NCBI GenBank assembly: GCA_964522565.1
Contig: CAZFUU010000001.1
Location: 1-27,411, forward strand
DNA: 27,411 bases
Direction: 5' to 3'
Source of the DNA: an uncultured bacterium
Lineage (GTDB): Bacteria; Omnitrophota; Omnitrophia; Omnitrophales; Danuiimicrobiaceae
Position numbers and translations under genes: made by a program
The notes under the pieces: model-generated
The model's database searches: none
Told to the model about the DNA's origin: nothing
The model's input: the letters and a program-made list of their open reading frames with translations, nothing else
Part shown: positions 16,561 to 24,887 of the stretch, in pieces
Position numbering within the stretch: the stretch's first letter is position 1
How the letters are laid out: every line of letters begins with the position of its first letter

Positions 16561-17952
16561 TTAGTGAGGCATTGCCGGAATTTGAAGATGAAGAAGCGCC
16601 AGGGCGACCAGAATCGATACCGCGGAAACCACAATCCCCGGCTTGAGCCATGTCATAAAACTGATGTTCGCCTTGTACTGCTTCTCCAGCATGCCCATGG
16701 CAACAATATTGGCGGTACTGCCGATTACGGTCAAATTTCCGCAAAGCGTGCCCCCAAAAAGCATCCCCCACCAAAAGTGATAAATATAAATACCGGATTT
16801 CTGGATCTCAAAAAGAATCGGAATAAATGTCGCCACGGCAAGCACATTGTCCATGAAACCGGTCAGAATGCTGATCGCCGAAGAAAATGTGAAAAAGAGC
16901 ATGGTCTCATTACCGCCCGTTACCCGGATCATGAGTTGCGCGATTCGATCCGTGACGCCAACGTATTTCAACGTCCCGACGGACGCGAACAGGGCGATAA
17001 AAAAAGTCAACGTCCACCAATCCACCCTGCGCATGAAAAAATCCCTCGCGTTCGCCGTCTGCAGGAAAATAGCAACCGACCCCATCGCGAGCGCCGTTCC
17101 GAGAAGAAGCGTATTTTTCTCCAGCCACAACAATTCCTCTATCGAATGGTGGAAAATAAGCAGGCCGATCGTCGTTAAAAACAGGGCCCAGCAAACTTTG
17201 ATGTCTTTTTTTACGAAATGAATGTGCCTGGTTTCGTAATCCTCCTTGGTTTCCGCTTTCATCTGGCGATCCAGCTCCGACATCGCCCGTCGAAATAAAA
17301 AGAAACAAAGCGGAATCACAATCAAAATGACCGATATCGCAATCGGGCTCGCCCACCTAATAAAATCCAGAAAGCTGATTTTCCCGCGCAAGGCAATCAT
17401 CACGCCGATTGGATTCCCGACCGCCGTGGCGCTTGACCCGATGTTCGTCGCAAAAACAATCATTAACAGAAACGGGATGGGATTGACTTTATAACGACGC
17501 GTTAAATGAAACATGGCTGACATCATGAATAAAATCGACGTGACTTCGTCCACAATCGCCGCCGAAAAAAAGGAAATCATCATCAACGCCGCCACTAACC
17601 GGTAGGGTTTGTGCCCGATTCTGTCGACAACCTTCGCGACGAGATATTCAAAAAAATGCTTTTCTTCCAGATGTCCCACCACGCACATCATGCCTACAAG
17701 AAAAAGGATGATATCGAGCCCCGCGTTCTCAATAACTTCTGGAACATTCAACAGATTGGCCGCGAGCAGAATCGCGATACCGGCAAAAGCGAATGTCACG
17801 CGGAACGGCCAGTAAAAAAGGGTTCCGCAAATGATAATCAGAAAAACAGCCGTGGCGATCACCTGTTGGGCGGTAAAGCCCGATGACGCAAGGAAAGCGC
17901 TTGCCGTGACAATAACACCCGCAAAGATGAGAGGTATCTTCATTGATTTCAT
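16561..17952 (-). CDS. ArsB/NhaD/SLC13-type ion-transporter superfamily permease
   Basis: About 12 TM helices, SAAIVDEVTS, ATNIGSSATAVGNPIG, GFMDNV and GNLTVIGSTANIVA. Substrate unknown. Confidence 0.85.
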   Translation of the reverse strand: MKSMKIPLIFAGVIVTASAFLASSGFTAQQVIATAVFLIIICGTLFYWPFRVTFAFAGIAILLAANLLNVPEVIENAGLDIILFLVGMMCVVGHLEEKHFFEYLVAKVVDRIGHKPYRLVAALMMISFFSAAIVDEVTSILFMMSAMFHLTRRYKVNPIPFLLMIVFATNIGSSATAVGNPIGVMIALRGKISFLDFIRWASPIAISVILIVIPLCFFLFRRAMSELDRQMKAETKEDYETRHIHFVKKDIKVCWALFLTTIGLLIFHHSIEELLWLEKNTLLLGTALAMGSVAIFLQTANARDFFMRRVDWWTLTFFIALFASVGTLKYVGVTDRIAQLMIRVTGGNETMLFFTFSSAISILTGFMDNVLAVATFIPILFEIQKSGIYIYHFWWGMLFGGTLCGNLTVIGSTANIVAMGMLEKQYKANISFMTWLKPGIVVSAVSILVALALLHLQIPAMPH

Positions 17953-18130
17953 AAAGGATTTGTTTTATCGGAACAGCAAGTTTTTGTCAAATTAATTTCC
18001 ACCCGTGAAATTGATGTTGCAACAATCCTGCCATTGTGCGGGAAAATTTGCAGGATTGACCGGAGGGATTTCCGGAAACGCGCGAATCAACGACCGCCGG
18101 AGATAATTTAGCTCTGTTCGAAAAAAGGGG

Positions 18131-18778
18131 CTATTTTTTTTCGAATTTCATCAAATCGTCCGGAATTCCCAAAACCACCATAATATCGTCCGGCCGGAAC
18201 ACATAATCCGGTTTTGGGAGAATTTCGCTTTGGCCGCTAAGCGGATTTTGTACTGCCAAAATCTGGATACCGTATTTTTTCCTTAATTCCAGCTCACCGA
18301 TGGCTTTCCCCATAAACTCTTCCGGCGCCGCAATTTCGACGACCCCCAATTGCTCGGAAACCCGGATTAAATCCAGCACATCCGGGAAAACAATACTTCT
18401 GACCAACCGGACTGCCTCGTCTTTTTCTGGGAAAATCACTTGATGGGCGCCGACAATTTTTAAAATTTTTCCGTGATCTTCGCTCGTGGCTTTCGCGAGG
18501 ATTCTTTTGACGCCCAGCTCCTTCAGGTGATGCGTGATCAAAACGCTCGCGTCTATTTTCCCTCCGAGCGCGACGATCACAATATCCATTCCTTTCGCGA
18601 ACTTATCGAGCAAATCCTTGTCGGTCGCGTCTCCGACAATCACCTGCCCCACGTTATCTTTAATATCATCAAGCGTTTCGGCGTCATTATCGATCACGAC
18701 GACCTCGCATTTTTTGGCCGCCATTTCAACCGCGACAGTCCTCCCGAAATTTCCGGCCCCGATCACCAATGCTTCCAT
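18131..18778 (-). CDS. trkA: TrkA/KtrA potassium uptake regulatory subunit (RCK_N plus RCK_C)
   Basis: VIGAGNFG Rossmann motif, KILKIVGAHQVIFPE, and IGELELRKKYGIQILAV. Confidence 0.92.
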   Translation of the reverse strand: MEALVIGAGNFGRTVAVEMAAKKCEVVVIDNDAETLDDIKDNVGQVIVGDATDKDLLDKFAKGMDIVIVALGGKIDASVLITHHLKELGVKRILAKATSEDHGKILKIVGAHQVIFPEKDEAVRLVRSIVFPDVLDLIRVSEQLGVVEIAAPEEFMGKAIGELELRKKYGIQILAVQNPLSGQSEILPKPDYVFRPDDIMVVLGIPDDLMKFEKK

Positions 18779-18801
18779 ATCCCCTCCCTGTGTTTGAACA
18801 A

Positions 18802-20169
18802 TTATCCGATCAAAATCTCTTCTTCGACGTATTCAAAACGCGGCCCCGTCTTTCTCCTCATCATCAGCCCCAAGGCAAGCGTCAGCGGGCCCACCCGCCC
18901 GATAAACATCAGCATAATCATCAGTAACTTCCCCGGCAAAGACAGCGAGGATACCGCTCCCGTTGATAATCCGACCGTTCCAAACCCCGACATGGTCTCA
19001 AAAAAAAGATCCAGAAAGCCCGTGCGCGGAAAAGCCATGGGCGCCCCTGCCTTTTCGGTAATCTGAAAGCACAGCGCAAAGACCGTCACCAGCACAAACC
19101 CCGCGGCCGCAATCGCGACGGCTTTGGCGGCGGCCGTGTTCGGGATTTTTCTTTTAAAAAGAGACGCCGACTGCCGGAACCTGGCCAGGTCTTTGACCAA
19201 AGCGGCCAGCACAGCGAAGGTTGTTATTTTAATTCCTCCCGCGGTCGACCCCGGACAACCTCCGATAAACATATACATCATGACAAAAAAAAGCGACGCA
19301 TTGGTTAAAAAAGCCGTGTTGAGGGTATGAAAACCCGCCGTCCGGGAAGTGATGGAAAGGAAAAAAGAGTTCATCACCTGCTGCGGGAAGCTCAGCTCGG
19401 ACAACAAATTATCCCGCTCAAGAAAAAAAACCATCAATGCCCCGAACACAATCAAGGCGCCGGATACGCTCAGGCAAACGCGTGAATGAAGGCTCAGCCG
19501 GAATTTTTGCCCCTTACAAAAAGCGTCCAGCCACGCGCGGACCTCTTCGAGCACCATAAAACCCAAACCGCCCAGAACAATCAGGACCGCGATGCAGCTT
19601 GGCAGATAAAATTCTTTTTGAAAGCGTTCCAGGCTGTCCGGAAACAAACTGAACCCCGCGTTACAAAAAGCCGAAACCGAATGAAAGATTGAATAAAAAA
19701 CCGCGCTTTCTCCTCCGTTCAACTCTTTGAAACGCTGGAACAGCAAAATACTGCCTGCCGCCTCGAAACACAACGTCATGGCCAAAACAAACCCCAAGAT
19801 CCGTATCAGATCCCGGACTTCTGTCCCATACGGCTTTAATCCCACGGACAAGCGCGACACCAATGTGGTCCTCCCGCGAAACAAAAGCACGAAAAAAACC
19901 GAAAACGTCATAATGCCAAGGCCGCCGGCTTGTATTGCGGCAAGAAGCCCGATTTGGCCGAAAAAAGTAAGCTCCGTGCCGATATCAATCACCGAAAGCC
20001 CCGTCACGCAGACCCCGGACGTCGCCGTAAAAAGGGCGTCAATCCAACTCAGCCCGTTCTGGCTGGAGGCGGAAAGCTTCAACAGCGCCGTGAAAAAACC
20101 GATCGCGCCTAGGAAACTCAGAAGCACCGTCTTTTGAGGGTTGAACCTGGGAGATATATTTTGGGCCAT
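18802..20169 (-). CDS. trkH: TrkH/KtrB potassium uptake membrane subunit
   Basis: Four selectivity-filter repeats: TATSGVCVTGL, SAFCNAGF, TSRTAGF and SGFGTVGLS, plus MFIGGCPGSTAGGIK and MFIGRVGPLT. Confidence 0.95.
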   Translation of the reverse strand: MAQNISPRFNPQKTVLLSFLGAIGFFTALLKLSASSQNGLSWIDALFTATSGVCVTGLSVIDIGTELTFFGQIGLLAAIQAGGLGIMTFSVFFVLLFRGRTTLVSRLSVGLKPYGTEVRDLIRILGFVLAMTLCFEAAGSILLFQRFKELNGGESAVFYSIFHSVSAFCNAGFSLFPDSLERFQKEFYLPSCIAVLIVLGGLGFMVLEEVRAWLDAFCKGQKFRLSLHSRVCLSVSGALIVFGALMVFFLERDNLLSELSFPQQVMNSFFLSITSRTAGFHTLNTAFLTNASLFFVMMYMFIGGCPGSTAGGIKITTFAVLAALVKDLARFRQSASLFKRKIPNTAAAKAVAIAAAGFVLVTVFALCFQITEKAGAPMAFPRTGFLDLFFETMSGFGTVGLSTGAVSSLSLPGKLLMIMLMFIGRVGPLTLALGLMMRRKTGPRFEYVEEEILIG

Positions 20170-20288
20170 GTTGCTTTAAATCACCTTTCGTGATGCGCAC
20201 ATGGGGAAGTATTGTAACGAAAAAAATCAGCCGACTCCATTACATTTTTAACCTATTTGCCGGCGCTCTCTTGACGAGCCAAACCGCT

Positions 20289-21497
20289 TCACCCGAACGC
20301 TTGGGCCGTTTGCGCCATTTCCTTGTTTTCGCCTACCCCTTTGACCCGGCTAATCAAATAAAACGCGAGTCCGACAGAAATCAGCTGGCTCAAAAAAGCC
20401 CCCCTAAAGCCGATCCAATCGGCTAAAACCGCGACCACCGTAGCGCCGATGGCCGAAACTTTGGTCGTCAACCCGTAAAAGCCGAAATAAATTCCGAGTT
20501 TTCGCGGGGGCGCAAGTTCAATTAAGAGCTTCCTTCCCGCCGTCCATGTTCCGGCGATTGCCGCGGCGCCGAAAATAAAAAGACAAATCGCCGCGAATGA
20601 AAAATCACGGGCGGAAACCACGGTGATGACCGCAAGGCCAAGCAAGACAATCGTCAGCAGCATCACTTGCCTGGATCCGTACCGGTCGGTTAATTTTCCC
20701 AAAAAATACGCGTATATTGCCGCCGAAAAATTCAGCGCGATGATTGTTTTGATCAGCGTTCCGTCAGAAATACCGAAAACCCTTACGAGAAAAACGGCCA
20801 TCCAGAGAATCGCCGCGTTCAACGCGTCGACCAGAAAGAAATTGCCGGCGAAAAAACAGCGGGCGTTTTTATCCTGAAAAATCAGTTTAAACTGCGCGAA
20901 CCAGTTTTCACTGCCGGCGTCAAGAACCGGGCGATCGGGCACGCCCAAAAAAGTCGGAATTGAGAAAACGAGAAAAAAAACGGCCGTCGCCAGAAAGACG
21001 AACGGCCGACCGAACGCCTGGTCCGTCAAATGCGCGAGCGGCAGGGCGAACAACATTCCCAAATACCCTAAACTCGTGCCCAATCCCGATACAAACCCTT
21101 GCCGTTCCGGATGCGCCACCACCGGCAAAAGAGAATTATAAAAAACGAGACAGAGGTGGAACATCAGGTTTGCCGTGAAAAAAGCCGCGAGGATAAACGG
21201 CAACCCGTGCAGAAAAGTTATCGAGGCGGTCGCGCCGACACAGAGCAGGGTAGACAAAATCAAAAAGAGCTTGGTATGACCCAAGCGATCCGTTAAAGAG
21301 CCCAACACCGGCGTTACGATGCCGGCCGCAATCATCGAAAGGGTCGCCGTGACACCAACCGGCGTATTTTCTCCGGCAATCGCCGTGACATACAGCGGCA
21401 GATACACCGTGACAACCGCCGCCGAATATATCGTATTGGCAAAATCATAGATCGCCCAATTGATGACTTTTGCCGTGTTAAGTTTATGTTCGACCAC
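20289..21497 (-). CDS. MFS transporter, UMF1/ATG22-like family
   Basis: WAIYDFANTIYS, PVLGSLTDRLG, YNSLLP, SGLGTSLGYLG and YFGFYG. Confidence 0.88.
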   Translation of the reverse strand: MVEHKLNTAKVINWAIYDFANTIYSAAVVTVYLPLYVTAIAGENTPVGVTATLSMIAAGIVTPVLGSLTDRLGHTKLFLILSTLLCVGATASITFLHGLPFILAAFFTANLMFHLCLVFYNSLLPVVAHPERQGFVSGLGTSLGYLGMLFALPLAHLTDQAFGRPFVFLATAVFFLVFSIPTFLGVPDRPVLDAGSENWFAQFKLIFQDKNARCFFAGNFFLVDALNAAILWMAVFLVRVFGISDGTLIKTIIALNFSAAIYAYFLGKLTDRYGSRQVMLLTIVLLGLAVITVVSARDFSFAAICLFIFGAAAIAGTWTAGRKLLIELAPPRKLGIYFGFYGLTTKVSAIGATVVAVLADWIGFRGAFLSQLISVGLAFYLISRVKGVGENKEMAQTAQAFG

Positions 21498-21639
21498 AGC
21501 CGCCTTTCATATCAAATGAGTTGCGCCGCAGCATGATGCTCGAGATTGAAAAAACACAAAAAGTTGTCGCAACAAATAAAACACCCTGGCTCTATATAAG
21601 GAAATTCACAGAGCTTGTCCAGTGATTTCGGCCGTGGGA

Positions 21640-24600
21640 TTACGCGGCGGCGGCAATGGCTCGTTGCGCGGCCTGATGAATCGAAAGGATGCGGGCGAGA
21701 TTGGCAATATTCAAGCTAAACCGGAAATTCCCTTTTGAATCAATTATTTGAGGGTCGCCCATTTCCTTGAGAATTTGATCATTAAATGCCCTGCGCTCGT
21801 CCTCCGTGGACGGCAAATACGGCAAGAGCCACATTTGAAGAGAGACGACGGCGTTTCGGTCATTTTGCGCGACTTTATCAGAACTCGCTACGGATAAAAG
21901 CGCGGCAATTTGGTTTAGCGGGCCATCTTTCGGAATGATGCTTTCTGGCGCAAGAATACGAATCATCTGCCTGATTTGTGTTGCGGAAGTGACAGATTTC
22001 CCGTATTCACCCGCCCTTTTTTTATAATAAGTATAAAATTGTTGCCGGGCAATATCCGACGCTAGAATTTTTTCAGGTTCTTCGCCCTTTTTTATTTCTA
22101 CCAGTTCTACTCGGGCCAACACAGATGCCAGGGCTTCCCTGCTTAATCCTGCGGTTGATAGAACATGTTCAAGGTAATTTTTTGTCGCCAGCGAATAATA
22201 AACTGCGATGGCCGCTTCATTTCGGGCAAGCGTCTGAGCGAGCGCGATGATTTCGGAACGGAGCAATTTATCGGGTTCTGTTGCTTCCGCTGTCAAAGCA
22301 TCAGAGACAACTGCAAGCACGCGCGGCACAGATTTTTCTTGAAGTGCCGACGGACCGTATAACGCGGCTGTAACCGCCGATCTCAATTCTTCGGGAACGG
22401 CTTGGGCGATTAGTGCTTCGGTTAGCACGCCAAAGACATTTTCGGTGATGGACAAAGATTCAAGAGCTTCATCCAATGTTGCTCCCGCTTCAAGCGCTTT
22501 TCTGATCGTCTCAAGAGCGAGAGGATTATCTGAATATTTCAGAAGTTTTTCAATCGTTTCCATGAGCAAATTCCCCTCTAAAAGCAGGACGTCTCCGCTT
22601 AAATTGTTGGGGGCAAGATTTTTCGTTGGAGAAATTAAAGGCAGTTGGTCCGAAATGTTCGCCTCTCTTAAATCAACGACAACAGATTGATTAAACATTC
22701 CTGTGGTTTCCGCGGGCGGAGCGACTTCATCTTTCATCCCGGTTGCCCTCACATTTCTCCAATTGACCTCAAAGGTTCCCCGTTCGGGATAATATAAACC
22801 CCTGAAACCAAGCTCGACATATTTTTCTTCGCCAAACTCCCCAATGTAAAAACCGGCGGTTCCTTCGGCGCGCACGTATTGCGTTCCCGTAACCTTATTT
22901 ATTTCAATAATCGGATTTTTTACAAGAACAGACTCTACATAAGTATTAATCCGCTCGCGGGCTTCTTGTGTAAACTGTTGGTCCGATACACTGGTTCCTC
23001 TAATTGCTCTTGTAATCATCATTGCAACAACTGCTTTATTCACCAAAATCCAGTTCTGGACACCTGTACGGAAAGCACCGATTATTTCCAGCGCCGCCAG
23101 CGCGAACGTTCCCGCGAAAACGCCTGTGATCGCGCTGTCACCTTCCAGCATGATTTTGACATAATTTTCATTGCCCTGGTCGATTCCGACCTTGGGATTA
23201 ATCACGACATAGGAAATTTTATCTTTACGGAATTTTGCGGCCAGGCCGTCTTTGTGAAATCCTCCCGTCACGACAATGCTGCGTTCCGTCCCGGCCTGTT
23301 TCATGTTTTCGGTAATCCGCCTGAAAAACGCGCCGTCGCGCGTGAGCACCAGCCGGTAATAATATTCGAGCTCTTCCATCGCGCCGTCAAGGGAAGACAA
23401 ATCCCCGAAATCCGGCGCCGGAACAAGTTCTTTCTCAGCGAGGCCCTTGAGCCCGGAAACGATCACCGACGGCCGGATTTCATTCTGCCGGGCGACGTAA
23501 ACGCCCAGCAATTCGCGCGTCATGCTCAAGGCGAAAAACTGTTCGAGCAGGTTGGCGTCTTCAATCAGGCGAAGCAGGCGTTTTTGATCGTTTGTCGTAA
23601 ACAGCTTGTTTTCGATTTCGGCCTGGAATTTTTGAAGCTCGGGGAAAACGCCGCGATGATCGATTTCATCCTGATAGACAAGGTATTCGGTAAGAATCCG
23701 GATTTGCGGGTATCCCATAAAACTAACGTCGGTTTGGTCGGCGATCCGGGTCAGTTGCGTGAAATAATCACGCGGCTGTGTCCCGGTATCGGTGCGCCCG
23801 ATCCGGCTTAAAATGGGCTCAAAGGGCGCGGCGTCAGGCAGTTTGTTTTCCAGATTCGTTTTCAAATCAGCGCTTTCACGATCAAGTTTTGACCGGTCCA
23901 GCGCTTTTTCAAGCTCGTAGACCCTCATAATCCGCACCAGATTGGGATAGCGGGTAATTTCCCCCAAATTTTTTAAGGACGAAAGCCCGTTGGCTTCCGA
24001 TACTTGATTTAAATAAAGCAGATAATCGAGCAAATCGATTTTGTGCTGTGAAAATTCCCGGACCTTGCGGGTGAAATCGAGGCGCCCGAAATCAAAAATT
24101 TTCCGGCTAACGAGAGAGCTCAGCCGCTCAATTTTTGAAAAATAATCCCTGGCTTCCGCCTCTCTGGCGTAAACCGATTTGAATATGCGTAAATTTTCCA
24201 AATAAAGATCTTTGTCTTCGATTCCGAACAAATCAACCACCTTGTCCGTTTCGACCGCGAACGCGTCGGCGCCGCTGACCCTGCCCTCCCGGAGTAAAAA
24301 CTCCACCATTTTCAGGTTAGCTTCTTTCAAATAAGACGGTTGAAGAATTTGTGGATTCAGCTTTGAAAACGCGCCCTCAAGCTGAATCAGCGAAAATTGA
24401 TACTGCTCAACCAGATGCGCGAGAATTTTCCGGATATTCATCTGAGCTTCATAATTGGCGTGAACATCCTGTAAGTAAATCACGAGTGGGGAATCGGCGG
24501 CGCCGTGATAAATTTCCTCGATATTTCCGAATTCCGACGGAATGTTGATGTTATAGGGATTGAGATCGGGGCGAACAACTGTTTGGCCCGGATTCACCGA

Positions 24601-24771
24601 AGTTTTTGCCGGATTGAGAGAGGCGCCCGCGTCTTTCACCTGCCCGGCCGCGTCAGAAACCATTCCGGCCGTCTGGGCATAAACAGGTTGCGACACCGCC
24701 ATCGCGAGTCCGAGAAAAACAGCCAGAATTTTCCGCGAACAGATTTTAATCATTCTTTTTGGATTCCCCAT
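21640..24771 (-). CDS. Large (1043 aa) secreted protein with a putative EreA/ChaN/TraB-like N-terminal domain and a variable C-terminal half
   Basis: Uninterrupted ORF with a signal peptide ending VYA, motifs IYLQDVH, IQLEG, FGIED and RD...IVVTGGFH, ending QRAIAAAA. The start may be 24771 or 24753. Confidence 0.85.
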   Translation of the reverse strand: MGNPKRMIKICSRKILAVFLGLAMAVSQPVYAQTAGMVSDAAGQVKDAGASLNPAKTSVNPGQTVVRPDLNPYNINIPSEFGNIEEIYHGAADSPLVIYLQDVHANYEAQMNIRKILAHLVEQYQFSLIQLEGAFSKLNPQILQPSYLKEANLKMVEFLLREGRVSGADAFAVETDKVVDLFGIEDKDLYLENLRIFKSVYAREAEARDYFSKIERLSSLVSRKIFDFGRLDFTRKVREFSQHKIDLLDYLLYLNQVSEANGLSSLKNLGEITRYPNLVRIMRVYELEKALDRSKLDRESADLKTNLENKLPDAAPFEPILSRIGRTDTGTQPRDYFTQLTRIADQTDVSFMGYPQIRILTEYLVYQDEIDHRGVFPELQKFQAEIENKLFTTNDQKRLLRLIEDANLLEQFFALSMTRELLGVYVARQNEIRPSVIVSGLKGLAEKELVPAPDFGDLSSLDGAMEELEYYYRLVLTRDGAFFRRITENMKQAGTERSIVVTGGFHKDGLAAKFRKDKISYVVINPKVGIDQGNENYVKIMLEGDSAITGVFAGTFALAALEIIGAFRTGVQNWILVNKAVVAMMITRAIRGTSVSDQQFTQEARERINTYVESVLVKNPIIEINKVTGTQYVRAEGTAGFYIGEFGEEKYVELGFRGLYYPERGTFEVNWRNVRATGMKDEVAPPAETTGMFNQSVVVDLREANISDQLPLISPTKNLAPNNLSGDVLLLEGNLLMETIEKLLKYSDNPLALETIRKALEAGATLDEALESLSITENVFGVLTEALIAQAVPEELRSAVTAALYGPSALQEKSVPRVLAVVSDALTAEATEPDKLLRSEIIALAQTLARNEAAIAVYYSLATKNYLEHVLSTAGLSREALASVLARVELVEIKKGEEPEKILASDIARQQFYTYYKKRAGEYGKSVTSATQIRQMIRILAPESIIPKDGPLNQIAALLSVASSDKVAQNDRNAVVSLQMWLLPYLPSTEDERRAFNDQILKEMGDPQIIDSKGNFRFSLNIANLARILSIHQAAQRAIAAAA

Positions 24772-24790
24772 TTATAATGCTTTACAAAAA

Positions 24791-24819
24791 AGTTTAGCAC
24801 ATGAATTGCAGGATTACAA
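24791..24819 (-). promoter_or_regulatory. Putative sigma70 promoter of the 1043-aa gene
   Basis: Minus strand TTGTAA-17 nt-TAAACT with an extended TG (TGcTAAACT). Confidence 0.5.
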
Positions 24820-24855
24820 GGAAGGCGGGCAATCTGACGGCTTTTCTCCTTATTT

Positions 24856-24887
24856 TCTGGGGTCAGAGCCCGGGCTCTGACCCCAGA
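24856..24887. repeat. Perfect 32-bp palindrome over the diguanylate cyclase stop codon
   Basis: TCTGGGGTCAGAGCCC|GGGCTCTGACCCCAGA, with no mismatch and no spacer. Confidence 0.9.

Noticed and set aside
15774-17178. 240-aa and 263-aa plus-strand ORFs
   Set aside because: Antisense shadows of the methyltransferase and the permease.
22879-23811. 310-aa plus-strand ORF
   Set aside because: Antisense shadow of the 1043-aa gene, with no motif or SD.
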